Source: Patescibacteria group bacterium (GTDB taxonomy: Bacteria; Patescibacteriota; Microgenomatia; UBA1406; GWC2-37-13). From it: DNA of 64,000 bases. Shown here in pieces: positions 1-9,657 of this stretch; positions within the stretch are counted from its first letter, which is position 1, and every line of letters starts with the position of its first letter. The stretch is from assembly GCA_026004415.1 (NCBI GenBank), contig BPJC01000003.1, positions 49,178 through 113,177 of the forward strand, read 5' to 3'. Made by a program: the position numbers and the translations under genes. The notes under the pieces are model-generated. The model searched no databases, had not been told where the DNA came from, and worked only from the letters and a program-made list of their open reading frames with translations.

Positions 1-560
1 AGCAAGAGTACCAAGTTATCAATGGACATTCATAGATGTGAGGACAAGGATAAGATTTGTATTTTACTCATATAACCTATACAGTTACTATGGATTTTTG
101 TTTTTGTATTTTACACTTTCATATTTAAGAGCACATAATGTAAGAACACATAATGTAAGAACAAAGATAAACATAAGGATAGATAATGGGACAGAATTTA
201 CAGGAGGATCAAGGGACAAATTAAAAGAATGGGATGAATTTTTTAGGGATAAATTCAATGCAGGGATACATACAATACCCAACAGGAGAGAAAGCAGTAT
301 AATGCGATAGTGGAGAATTCACACAGGAAAGATGATGAAGAGTTTATAATACCATTTTAACAGATGATAAAAGACAAGAGAGATTTTTTGAATAAAGCGC
401 AGAAATGGTTGATATATTGGAATACAAAGAGGGTACACTATGCAAAAGAATTTAAAGAAGGAGGAGAGAAAGCAATCGAAGTATTAAAAAGAGAAGGAGA
501 TAATTTGACAGATGAGAAATTAGTCTATTTTCCAGTGATGTTGATAGAGGATATTTTAGA
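1..560 (+). pseudogene. Relic of a DDE (rve/integrase-core) transposase, broken by stops/frameshifts; runs off the 5' edge of the window
   Basis: Consecutive pieces of an rve-type core sit in different + frames: IRIDNGTEFTG...IHTIP (ORF 38..310), QYNAIVENSHRKDDEEF in another frame (~295-345), then KAQKWLIYWNTKRVHY (ORF 364..744). No intact ORF and no terminal inverted repeats identified. Confidence 0.5.
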
Positions 561-737
561 TCATCAAACAACAACGTTATTTGATTTAATTCCTAATAAC
601 TCTTCTGTTTATCCTAAGATCGAGAAGAAAGATACCTTAAAAGTTACTCAAAAAGGGGTCAATATCTCTGTCCCCAGTGCCTCTTTTTTTGCTTTTTCAC
701 GGTTTTTTGAACTTTTTTGGTTTGTTATACTTAATTT

Positions 738-1457
738 ATGTTGAGATTTAGTAAAGATAGCTTTTTTGCTTTTATAGGATATGTTTTAAAACCAGCAGGT
801 AAAGATACTTGTTTGTTTTTAAGTTTTTTGTTTTTACTTTTGTTCTTTTTATTTAGTTTTTTGACTTATATTGATTTATTTACAAGATTGGATTGGTGGT
901 TTTTACAAACATTTCAGGAGATTACTCCGGTTGAATATGATCTGTTTTTTTCTATGCTTAGCGTAATTGGCACTTTTGAGATTTATACAGCATTAGCAAT
1001 AATTTTTTTTATTCTGGGTAAAAAAACTATTGAGGCTGTTTATTTTTTTGCGGTTTATGGTTTAGGTCATATTATTGAGATTCTTGGTAAAACTTTTATT
1101 CATCATCCAGCGCCACCGAATGAATTTTTGAGGTTTAATTTGCCTTTTCATTTGCTAAGTTCAGGGTTTCATCCTGGTTTTGCTTATCCTTCAGGTCATT
1201 CTATGAGAACTGTTATCTTCGTTTTGCTAGGTTTTTGGTTGGTGAATCGGCATATTAAATCTTTGGGTCTGCGGTTAGTCTTGCTTTTTTTTGGTTTGTT
1301 ATATTTGTTGTTGGTTCTTTATAGTAGGGTTAGTTTGGCAGAGCATTGGTTTAGCGATGTTGTTGGCGGTAGTTTATTAGGTGTTTCAATAGCTTTGTTG
1401 ATGTTGTCAGTTTTTGATTTTTATGAAAAGTATCCAGGTTATAAAGTCAGACGGTAG
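738..1457 (+). CDS. PAP2-superfamily membrane phosphatase (undecaprenyl-diphosphatase / phosphatidic acid phosphatase type 2-like)
   Basis: Multi-TM protein with PAP2 signature blocks PSGHSMRT and SRVSLAEHWFSDVVGG (PSGH ... SRxxxxxHxxxD). Confidence 0.7.
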   Translation: MLRFSKDSFFAFIGYVLKPAGKDTCLFLSFLFLLLFFLFSFLTYIDLFTRLDWWFLQTFQEITPVEYDLFFSMLSVIGTFEIYTALAIIFFILGKKTIEAVYFFAVYGLGHIIEILGKTFIHHPAPPNEFLRFNLPFHLLSSGFHPGFAYPSGHSMRTVIFVLLGFWLVNRHIKSLGLRLVLLFFGLLYLLLVLYSRVSLAEHWFSDVVGGSLLGVSIALLMLSVFDFYEKYPGYKVRR

Positions 1458-2271
1458 TCTGCAAAAATTTAAACGAAGAAAACTTATTAAATCTTTAATC
1501 AACTCTGGTGTTAAAAGAAAGTTAGCAAATAGTATTGCCTATGATTTAGAGAAAAGATTACAAGGATCAGTCATTAAATCAAACGAGTTGTTTAGTCTGG
1601 CGTATGATTTGGTAAAAGAGAGGTCTTTTGGACTTCATTTAAATTATAGTTTGAAATCAGCTTTGTTTCGTCTGGGTCCTACTGGTTATCCGTTTGAAAA
1701 ATTTGTGGCTTCTGTTTTAAGAAGTTATGGTTATGTTGTTACTGTTGATGTTGTATTGTCAGGAAGTTGTGTTGATCATGAGATTGATGTTTTGGCAGAA
1801 AAAAAAGATAAAGTTTTTTTTGTTGAGTCTAAGTTCCACAACTCTGCAAGTGTTAAGACAAATGTTAAAACTACTTTGTATATTTATGCTCGTTATCTTG
1901 ATCTGATTGAAAATAAAGATAATCTGGATAAATGGCAGGGAAAAAATTTGCAACCGTGGATATTTACCAATACTAAGTTTACTCAAGATGCTATAAAGTA
2001 TGCCTTTTGCAAAGGGTTCAGATTAACCTCTTGGAATTATCCTGAACGAAACAGTCTGGCTAAAATTATTGAAAAAAAACTGCTTCACCCAATTACTATT
2101 TTTTCTGAGTTAGATGATGCCACTTTAAAGTCTGCTTTTGAGAAAGGTATCGTAACCTTAAAAGATTTTATGGAAAATTCAGAGTTATCTGAAAAAGTGT
2201 TTTCAGATAAATACCTAACAATTAAGCTACAGATTCAGTCTTTACTATCCTCTTTTAATCAGAGTTTTTAA
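1423..2271 (+). CDS. ATP-cone domain protein fused to a restriction-endonuclease-like (Mrr-type) fold
   Basis: N-terminus VIKSDGSLQKFKRRKLIKSL is an ATP-cone as in NrdR. The middle, GYPFEKFVASVLRSYGY...DHEIDVLAEKKDKVFFVESKFH, resembles the D...E-x-K nuclease core. The track ORF starts at TTG 1414; ATG 1423 preferred. Confidence 0.55.
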   Translation: MKSIQVIKSDGSLQKFKRRKLIKSLINSGVKRKLANSIAYDLEKRLQGSVIKSNELFSLAYDLVKERSFGLHLNYSLKSALFRLGPTGYPFEKFVASVLRSYGYVVTVDVVLSGSCVDHEIDVLAEKKDKVFFVESKFHNSASVKTNVKTTLYIYARYLDLIENKDNLDKWQGKNLQPWIFTNTKFTQDAIKYAFCKGFRLTSWNYPERNSLAKIIEKKLLHPITIFSELDDATLKSAFEKGIVTLKDFMENSELSEKVFSDKYLTIKLQIQSLLSSFNQSF

Positions 2272-3455
2272 AACCCCAAAGCAGAGATGCCTGGCAAATT
2301 GCCTTTTTCAATAAACTCCAGCATAGCTCCACCTCCGGTTGAGATATGATCAATTTTGTCAAGATACTCTTTTTTTGAGATTGCGGCTAAGGTATCGCCA
2401 CCTCCTACTATTGAAATTGCTGGAGTATTTTCGCAGATTGAGTAGTAAATAAAATCAGTTCCTTGTCTGTAGTTGGGGTTTTCTATATAACCTAAAGGTC
2501 CATTCCAAACAATTGTTTTTGACTGCATTATTATTGATCCAAATTTAGCTTTAGTCTCAGGTCCGATATCTAAAATTGATCTTTTTTCATCTTGAGGTAT
2601 TTGGTTTATTTTGACTACTTCACCTGCTGTTTTTTCATCGTCTGGGTAACCTAAAACAACATCTTCTGGCAGAATTATTGCTGTTCTGGTTTTAGCAGAT
2701 TTAAAAAGTATTTTTCTGGCTGTTTCAACAAAATCATATTCATAAAGGCTTTTTCCTATACCAAGACCTTGTGCAGAAAGAAAGGTATTGGCAATTCCTC
2801 CTCCTATAAGCAGATAGTCTGATATTTCCATAAGTTTATCTATAAGCATAATTTTAGTTGAGATTTTAGCGCCACCTAGTATTGCTGTAAATGGTTTGTG
2901 TCTTTCTGTAAAGATATACTTGTTTATTGTTTCTATTTCTTTTTTAAGCAGTAATCCACCGTATGATGGTAGATACTCTGTTATGCCTACTGTTGATGCA
3001 TTTACTCTGTGGCTTACTCCGAATGCGTCATTTACATAAACATCAGCCAACTCTGCCAGTTTCTTGCTAAATTCAGGGTCGTTGTTTGACTCTCCTTTGT
3101 AGAATCTAATATTTTCAAGTACATAGATTGTTGGTTCTTTCTGGTGTTTTATTTTATTGTTTTCAGTTAAAAAATCACTGATAAGCTCAATGTTGATGTC
3201 AGGTAGATACTCTTTTAATCTTTGTACTACTGGTTTTAGCGAGTATTTAGGGTCCCGTTTTTCTGGCCTGTCAAGGTGAGATACCAGTATAATGGTATTG
3301 TTTCTTTTTAATAGATACTCAATTGTTTCCAGACTTTGTTTGATCCTATAATCATCTGCGATTTTAAAGTCTTTGGTTAAGGTTACATTGAAATCTACTC
3401 TTAATAGTACTTTTTTATTTTGTATATCGGTATGATCAATATAAGTAATTGACAT
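2268..3455 (-). CDS. pgk: Phosphoglycerate kinase
   Basis: 395 aa; LLRVDFNV near the N-terminus, GGGDT and STGGGAMLEF C-terminal PGK motifs. Confidence 0.95.
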   Translation of the reverse strand: MSITYIDHTDIQNKKVLLRVDFNVTLTKDFKIADDYRIKQSLETIEYLLKRNNTIILVSHLDRPEKRDPKYSLKPVVQRLKEYLPDINIELISDFLTENNKIKHQKEPTIYVLENIRFYKGESNNDPEFSKKLAELADVYVNDAFGVSHRVNASTVGITEYLPSYGGLLLKKEIETINKYIFTERHKPFTAILGGAKISTKIMLIDKLMEISDYLLIGGGIANTFLSAQGLGIGKSLYEYDFVETARKILFKSAKTRTAIILPEDVVLGYPDDEKTAGEVVKINQIPQDEKRSILDIGPETKAKFGSIIMQSKTIVWNGPLGYIENPNYRQGTDFIYYSICENTPAISIVGGGDTLAAISKKEYLDKIDHISTGGGAMLEFIEKGNLPGISALGF

Positions 3456-3476
3456 AATAGGGTTTTAGGTTTTAAT

Positions 3477-4490
3477 TTATAAAGATTTGGCCAATCTGTC
3501 TACTAATTCAACTAATCTGTTAGAGTAGCCCCATTCATTATCGTACCAGCCACAGATAGTTACCTGAGTTTGATCAATTACTTTAGTGTAGTTTGCGTCA
3601 AAGATCGACGAGTAGGGAGAGCCTATGTAATCACTTGATACTAATGGTTTATCTTCATATTTTAGTATGCCTGTCAATGAGGTCTCCGCTAGCCTTTTAA
3701 AGGTTTGGTTTACCTCTTCAACTGTTGTGGGTTTTTCTACTTCTGCTGTGATTATGGTGAAAGAGACTGTTGGAACAGGAACTCTTACTGCCATACCATC
3801 TATTTTGCCTTTAAGGTGTGGTAGTGTTTTCACTACAGCCTCTGCGGCTCCTGTTGTTGTTGGAACAATGTTTAATCCTGCGGCTCGAGATCTAGTTGCG
3901 TCTTTGCCAGCGTCATCTAAAAGAGGTTGAGTTGAGGTATAAGCATGAGCTGTTACTAAAAACCCTTTTTTTACTTTAAAGTTTAGATCAAGTCCTAAGA
4001 AAAGAGGTGAGGCAGAGTTGGTTGTACAGGAAGCATTGGAGATGATCTGGTAATTATTTTCCAACTCTTTATCATTAACGCCTAAAACTATATGAGGAGT
4101 CTCGTTATCTTTTGCAGGAGCTGATAAAACTACTTTTTGCACAGTTCCGTGAAGATGTCCTTTAAGTGCCTCAGATGTGGTAAAGGCTCCAGTAGCATCT
4201 ACAACAATCTCCACATTCTGCTCCTGCCAAGGTATTTCTTTTGGATCAGAGTAATTATAGGCAGTTATGGTCTTGCCATCTACAATAATTTTGTTATCTT
4301 CAACAACAACCTCTTTGTCGTAGGTTCTATAGACTGAATCATACTTGAGTAGATAAGCAAGTTCTTTAGCTTGGCTTTTTCTTGTATTTACAGCTGTAAT
4401 TTGAAAATTATAGTCGCCAGAGAAAGCAATTCTTGCAAATGCTCTGCCGATTCTGCCGAATCCATTTAGACCAACATTTATTTTTTTCAT
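3477..4490 (-). CDS. gap: Glyceraldehyde-3-phosphate dehydrogenase (type I)
   Basis: 337 aa; NGFGRIGR Rossmann motif and active-site SNASCTTN. Confidence 0.95.
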   Translation of the reverse strand: MKKINVGLNGFGRIGRAFARIAFSGDYNFQITAVNTRKSQAKELAYLLKYDSVYRTYDKEVVVEDNKIIVDGKTITAYNYSDPKEIPWQEQNVEIVVDATGAFTTSEALKGHLHGTVQKVVLSAPAKDNETPHIVLGVNDKELENNYQIISNASCTTNSASPLFLGLDLNFKVKKGFLVTAHAYTSTQPLLDDAGKDATRSRAAGLNIVPTTTGAAEAVVKTLPHLKGKIDGMAVRVPVPTVSFTIITAEVEKPTTVEEVNQTFKRLAETSLTGILKYEDKPLVSSDYIGSPYSSIFDANYTKVIDQTQVTICGWYDNEWGYSNRLVELVDRLAKSL

Positions 4491-4508
4491 AGTTTTGATG
4501 ATTTATAA

Positions 4509-5444
4509 CTAATAATTTTTTAATTCTTCAATACTACCAGCAATAAAATCTGCTTTTTTATGAATTGTTTTGTTTGAAAAAATAATTTTATCAGCTGATG
4601 TTATAACTTTTCCTCCTAATCTTTTAATTATAAAACTAAACGGCAAGATCTCAAAGATGATTCTAAGTTTTCCTTCTTTATTGTTCTTTGTAAAAGGATA
4701 AAGAAAGACTCCTCCTTGCAAAATAGTTCTGTGCATATCAGCAACAAGTGTGCCTACATATCTTAAGCTATAGTTTTTGTCTTTTAGTAAATTTATAAAG
4801 TTTTTATCTTTGTCAAAGAATTCATTTATATATGCTTCATTGACACTATAATCTGAACCTTTATTTGGAAGTTTGAGATTCTTTTTAGTTAAAAAAAAGT
4901 TGCCTGTAGCAGAGTCTAGCAAAAATAGGGCAGATCTGAATCTGTCAACATATAAAAGCACTGTTGCAGAGCTGTAAAGGCAGTATCCAGCGCAGACGAT
5001 GTTTTTTATTGTTAGAAAGTTGTCTTTATGCTTTTTATATAAACAAAAGATTGTTCCTGAAGGTAGTTGGATTTGAGATTGTTTAGAGCCATCTAAAGGA
5101 TCTATTGATAAGATGTACTCAGAGTCTTTGTTTATTTTAAACAGACGCTTTTCCTCTTCTGAAGTAAAAGCATAAAGCAGTTTGTTATTTTTAAAAACTT
5201 TAGCAAAAACCGAGTTGGCAAATACATCAAGTTTGGCTATAAGATCGCCTGAGGCATTGGTCTTGCTTTCATAACCTAATAGATCTACTAGTCCAATATT
5301 TCTAACATAACCAGATATAGTTTTGCAACAGTCTTGGATGTTGTTAAGGATTAAGCTGTAATTGCCTTTGGTGGTATAGTTTAATTCATTTAATAATAAG
5401 AACTCATTAAAACTGGTTAGCCTATGTTTTGTTGTTAGTGTCAT
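4509..5444 (-). CDS. fbp: Fructose-1,6-bisphosphatase, class 1
   Basis: 311 aa; metal-site DPLDGS, GKLRIIFEILPFSFIIKRLGG matches the class I FBPase C-terminal block. Confidence 0.85.
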   Translation of the reverse strand: MTLTTKHRLTSFNEFLLLNELNYTTKGNYSLILNNIQDCCKTISGYVRNIGLVDLLGYESKTNASGDLIAKLDVFANSVFAKVFKNNKLLYAFTSEEEKRLFKINKDSEYILSIDPLDGSKQSQIQLPSGTIFCLYKKHKDNFLTIKNIVCAGYCLYSSATVLLYVDRFRSALFLLDSATGNFFLTKKNLKLPNKGSDYSVNEAYINEFFDKDKNFINLLKDKNYSLRYVGTLVADMHRTILQGGVFLYPFTKNNKEGKLRIIFEILPFSFIIKRLGGKVITSADKIIFSNKTIHKKADFIAGSIEELKNY

Positions 5445-5447
5445 TGG

Positions 5448-6512
5448 TTAGGCAATTGTAATTTTATCTTCAAGATACACATCCTGAATTGCATTCAGTA
5501 TTTTCACGCCTTCAGCTAAAGGTTTTTGAAATACTTTTCTGCCAGAGATTAAACCCATACCGCCTGCTCTTTTATTGATTACAGCTGTTCTTACTGCTTC
5601 ATTTAAATCGTTGTCTCCAGATGATGCTCCTCCTGAGTTTATTAACCCAATTTTGCCCATATAGCAGTTAGCTACTTGCCATCTTACTAGATCTATTGGG
5701 TGGTTGCTGGTTAGTTTTTTATATACCAAGTCATCGGTTTTGCCAAAGTTTAAAGCAGTATAGCCGTTGTTTTTATCTGCTTGTTTTTGTTTTATAATAT
5801 CAGCCTCTATTGTTGCAGAAAGATAATTTGCTTGTCCTGTTAGATCAGCTGATGTGTGATAGTCTTGGTCGCCTTTTACAAAGGCTTTGTTCCTTAAATA
5901 CGCCCAGAGTATTGTTGCCAAACCAAGCTCATGCGCGTATTCAAAGGCTTCTGACACCTCCATTATTTGTCTTCTGCTTTCAGCAGAACCAAAATATATT
6001 GTAGCTCCTATTGCGCTTGCTCCTAAGTTATAAGCCTGATCTACGCTGGCAAACAGCGTTTGATCATGAAAGTTTGGGTAAGACAGTAATTCGTTGTGGT
6101 TTATTTTTACGATAAATGGGATTTTGTGCGCGTATTTTCTGGAAACTAAACCCAAAACGCCAACAGTTGATGCCACCGCATTGCAACCACCTTCTATGGC
6201 TAGTTTAACTATGTTTTCAGGGTTAAAATAGTCTGGGTTTTTGGCAAAAGCAGATGCCGCTGAGTGTTCTACGCCTTGATCTACAGGCAGAATAGATAAA
6301 TAACCTGTATTTTTGAGTCTGCCATTGCCAAAGATTCTTTGCAGGTTTACTAAAACTCTAGGCGACCTGTCTGATAAAGAAAAAACTTCATCGACAAAGT
6401 TAGGGTTAGGAAGGGTAAGGTTTTCTTTGGGAATTGTTTTACAGGTGTGATTTAACAAACTTTCTGTTTCTTCACCTAAGTAAGATTCAATTTTAGAGTA
6501 TAGATCTGTCAT
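5448..6512 (-). CDS. fbaB: Class I fructose-bisphosphate aldolase (FbaB/DhnA type)
   Basis: 354 aa, alignable end to end with my recollection of E. coli FbaB ([55 protein letters not shown], ...KITIA terminus). Confidence 0.9.
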   Translation of the reverse strand: MTDLYSKIESYLGEETESLLNHTCKTIPKENLTLPNPNFVDEVFSLSDRSPRVLVNLQRIFGNGRLKNTGYLSILPVDQGVEHSAASAFAKNPDYFNPENIVKLAIEGGCNAVASTVGVLGLVSRKYAHKIPFIVKINHNELLSYPNFHDQTLFASVDQAYNLGASAIGATIYFGSAESRRQIMEVSEAFEYAHELGLATILWAYLRNKAFVKGDQDYHTSADLTGQANYLSATIEADIIKQKQADKNNGYTALNFGKTDDLVYKKLTSNHPIDLVRWQVANCYMGKIGLINSGGASSGDNDLNEAVRTAVINKRAGGMGLISGRKVFQKPLAEGVKILNAIQDVYLEDKITIA

Positions 6513-6664
6513 AGTTTTTTTTAATTTATAATGCTAATAATTAAATCTTAAACCCAATCGTTTTAAAATACAACTATCATACATTATCATACTTTTTGAT
6601 AATTTGTCAAGTTTTTTTTAAGCAATTGACAAAGCAATAGTTTTTACTTAGAATAACTTTTAAG

Positions 6665-6937
6665 ATGGATTTTGACAGTGCCTTTCTAGCCGGAGTTCTA
6701 GGAGGTCTGGTTAGAGGCGTTGTTGGTATTGTTAAGTATTTTGAAAAGAACCAGAAAAATAGTAAAATTAACTGGTGGTATCTGTTTTTCTCTCTTTTTA
6801 CTGCTGGATTGGTAGGTGGTTTTGCAGGTGTTTTTGCCAATCATGACTGGCAATTTTCTTTTTTGGCAGGTTATGCTGGTGCAGATTTTTTAGAGGGTTT
6901 ATATAAAATAAGGTTACAGCAAAAATTTGAGATTTAG
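6665..6937 (+). CDS. Small hypothetical membrane protein (Gly-rich TM segments)
   Basis: 90-aa ORF with two or three hydrophobic Gly-rich segments; no recognisable family. Confidence 0.4.
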   Translation: MDFDSAFLAGVLGGLVRGVVGIVKYFEKNQKNSKINWWYLFFSLFTAGLVGGFAGVFANHDWQFSFLAGYAGADFLEGLYKIRLQQKFEI

Positions 6938-6944
6938 TTTAGAT

Positions 6945-7703
6945 ATGCGTTTTACTGTAATATCGCTTTTTCCTGAAATAATCTCTAATTTTACAACTTT
7001 CAGTGTTTTAGGCAGAGCTGTTGAAACTGGCGTTATTAAAATAGATTATATTCAACTGCGCGACTATGCTAAAGATAAGCATAAAACAGTCGATGATACT
7101 GCATATGGAGGAGGAGCTGGTATGGTTATAAAACCTGATGTTGTATATAGTGCTTTACAGTCTGTTGTGGGTCAAGAAAAACAAGAGAAAAAAGTTATGT
7201 TGTCTCCAGCAGGGTATAAATTTGATCAAAATAAGGCTAAAGAGTGGTCTAGTTTAGACCACCTGATTTTGGTTTCAAGCAATTATGAGGGAGTTGACGC
7301 AAGGGTTGAGGATTATGTCGATGAGATAATCTCTATTGGTGATTATGTTCTCTCTAATGGAGAGATTGCCGCAAGTGTTGTTATAGATGCTGTAGCTCGA
7401 TTGGTTCCTGGTGTTTTAGGCAATAGAGATTCTGCTGAGTTTGATTCTTTTTTTGAGGTCAATCTTGATGAACTAATTAAAGTTGTAGGACAAGATAATA
7501 AAGTCTTGTTGAGTTTAAGACAAAAGGGTATTAAAAAAGTAAGACTGCTTGATTATCCCAGTTTTACAAGGCCTTATGAGTTTATGGGCGTTAAAGTTCC
7601 AGATGTGTTGTTGTCTGGCAATCATGCGGAAATAACAAAATGGAGATTGCAGAGCGCTTTTTCAAGGACGCTAAAGTATAGGCCAGATCTTTTAGGTCTG
7701 TAG
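6945..7703 (+). CDS. trmD: tRNA (guanine37-N1)-methyltransferase
   Basis: MRFTVISLFPE...VLGRA...DYAKDKHKTVDDTAYGGGAGMV... are canonical TrmD blocks. ATG 6945 preferred over the track TTG 6927. Carries a ~30-aa insertion before the YPSFTRP block. Confidence 0.9.
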   Translation: MRFTVISLFPEIISNFTTFSVLGRAVETGVIKIDYIQLRDYAKDKHKTVDDTAYGGGAGMVIKPDVVYSALQSVVGQEKQEKKVMLSPAGYKFDQNKAKEWSSLDHLILVSSNYEGVDARVEDYVDEIISIGDYVLSNGEIAASVVIDAVARLVPGVLGNRDSAEFDSFFEVNLDELIKVVGQDNKVLLSLRQKGIKKVRLLDYPSFTRPYEFMGVKVPDVLLSGNHAEITKWRLQSAFSRTLKYRPDLLGL

Positions 7704-8804
7704 GTTTTTTTCAATAATGTTTAAGATGCCTTTTTTAAAACTGTCAAAACTAAATTTTTCTGCTGTTTTTCGGGCATTTTGTCTCATTTGGTCAAGTTCT
7801 TTTTGTGTCAAGTTCTCAAAAATATTGATCTGGTTTATTACAGAATCAACCTCAAGTTTGTCAAAAAATAATCCGTTTAGTTTGTCAACTAGGTATTCTG
7901 TTACGCCTCCCGATTTATAAGCTATTACTGGTACAGATCTTCCTAGAGCCTCAACAGGTGCTATGCCAAATTCTTCATCTTGACTGGCAAATACGAAGCC
8001 TTTAGCTTTTGCATATAAAGATTCCAGTTCTTTGTCCGAGACATTTCCAGCAAAAACTATGGTTTTTCCTGCCAGCTTTTGCAAATACTCTTTGTCTTTG
8101 CCTGTTCCAACTATAATGAGTTTGAGATTAAGTTTGTTGAAAGCCTGAATTAAAATATCTATGTTTTTTGCTTTTGCTAATCTTGATACTGTAAGATAAT
8201 AGTTGTCTGATTTGTTTGTTTTGGCATGTTTGGGTATATTTACAGGAGGGTAAACGATCTCTGAGTTCCTTCTGTAGAATTTGGCTATGCGACGCTGAGT
8301 TTCACGCGAGTTGGCTATGAGTATATCTGGTCTTTGAGAGGCTATAAAGTCGTACTGTCTTAAAAATTGGTTTATTAAAAGTCCGTAGAGCTTGATAATT
8401 TTATATTTTTGCCAGTTGATTGCTGTTTGATAATAATATAGGTATCTAGGTGGGTGGTGAATATAAGATATGTGAAGTGTTTGAGGCTTTGTAATTATAC
8501 CCTTGCACATCCAGGAACCTGTCGTTGAGATAACTAAATCGTAATTTGAAAAATCAAAACTCTCCCAGATCATAGGTGTTAAAAACCTTAATGGAGAGTA
8601 ATAATATTTTAGAACAGGAATCTTTCCAAACCAAGACTCAATGATTTTTGAGTTCTTAAATAAATCTTTGTGATTGCCTAGTTTGTTAAGGTCAGCTGTA
8701 GATGTGTAGATCTCTGCATTTGGAAAAATTTTAGTTAGCGCATATAAAACCCTTTCGGCTCCGCCAAATTCAACAAGTTGGTCGTGGACTATTGCTGTTT
8801 TCAT
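7692..8804 (-). CDS. Glycosyltransferase family 4 (GT-B, group 1)
   Basis: 370 aa; C-terminal EEFGIAPVEALGRSVPVIAYKSGGVTEY is the GT4 E-x7-E region. Confidence 0.8.
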   Translation of the reverse strand: MKTAIVHDQLVEFGGAERVLYALTKIFPNAEIYTSTADLNKLGNHKDLFKNSKIIESWFGKIPVLKYYYSPLRFLTPMIWESFDFSNYDLVISTTGSWMCKGIITKPQTLHISYIHHPPRYLYYYQTAINWQKYKIIKLYGLLINQFLRQYDFIASQRPDILIANSRETQRRIAKFYRRNSEIVYPPVNIPKHAKTNKSDNYYLTVSRLAKAKNIDILIQAFNKLNLKLIIVGTGKDKEYLQKLAGKTIVFAGNVSDKELESLYAKAKGFVFASQDEEFGIAPVEALGRSVPVIAYKSGGVTEYLVDKLNGLFFDKLEVDSVINQINIFENLTQKELDQMRQNARKTAEKFSFDSFKKGILNIIEKNLQT

Positions 8805-8821
8805 AAAGTATAATTATATCT

Positions 8822-9653
8822 ATGTTTGATACGCATTGCCATCTTAACTTTAAAGCATTTGAGTCCCAGGTTGATGATATTATCAAAGAATCTAAAAACT
8901 ATGGGGTTTATTATTTTATGATACCAGGCACAGATTATGCAACAAGCAAAAGAGCGGTTGAGATATCTGAAAAGTATAAAAATGCATTTTGTTCTGTAGG
9001 TTTGCATCCGCATCATATATATGAGTTTGTTCAAAAAAACATAGATATAGATGATTATGATTTTATAGGTTTTATTAAGGTTTTAGTTGAGTCAGATTCT
9101 GTTAAGGCTATAGGTGAAGTTGGGTTTGACAGACATGTGTATACTAAGACAAAGTATCAGAATTATAAAGTTAATGAAGTTTTTTTGAGTTTACAAAAAA
9201 AGTTGTTTATTAAGCAGTATGATATGGCACTTAAATTAGACAAGAGTTTAATAATTCATTGCAGAGAGGCTGAATCTGATTTGTTGGCTGTACTTGGCGA
9301 TGTGTGGGATAGCAAGATGCAAGGTAGAGCAGTGTTTCATTGTTGTCCCTGCCAGCGGAGATTTGCTTAAGTTTGCTTTAGAGCAAAAAGTTTTTATTGG
9401 AGTTGATGGAGATGCAACCTATGATCCCAGAAAACAGGCTTTTATTAAAAAAGTTCCGTTAGACTTATTAGTTTTGGAGACAGACTCTCCTTTTTTAATG
9501 CCTGAACCTATAAGATCTGAAAGGAGATTTCCAAATACACCAGCAAATTTAAGGTATATTGCCGAGATATGCGCTTATCTAAAAGATTTAAGAGTAGATG
9601 AAATAGTAAGAATTACCACTGAAAATGCATTTAAATTATTTAGATTAAAATAA
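8822..9653 (+). pseudogene. tatD: TatD-family metal-dependent hydrolase/DNase, interrupted by a single frameshift
   Basis: ORF 8822..9370 starts MFDTHCHLNF and runs to AVFHCC. ORF 9294..9653, one frame over, continues PASGDLLKFALEQKVFIGVDGDATY...LVLETDSPFL. The switch is at ~9344-9350 (TGTCCCT). Confidence 0.75.
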
Positions 9654-9657
9654 AATT

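Noticed and set aside
6607-6840. 77-aa minus-strand ORF upstream of fbaB, overlapping the small plus-strand ORF 6665..6937.
   Set aside because: It is Pro/Thr/Lys-rich with no motif. It lies antisense to a more plausible Gly-rich membrane ORF and across the likely fbaB promoter region.
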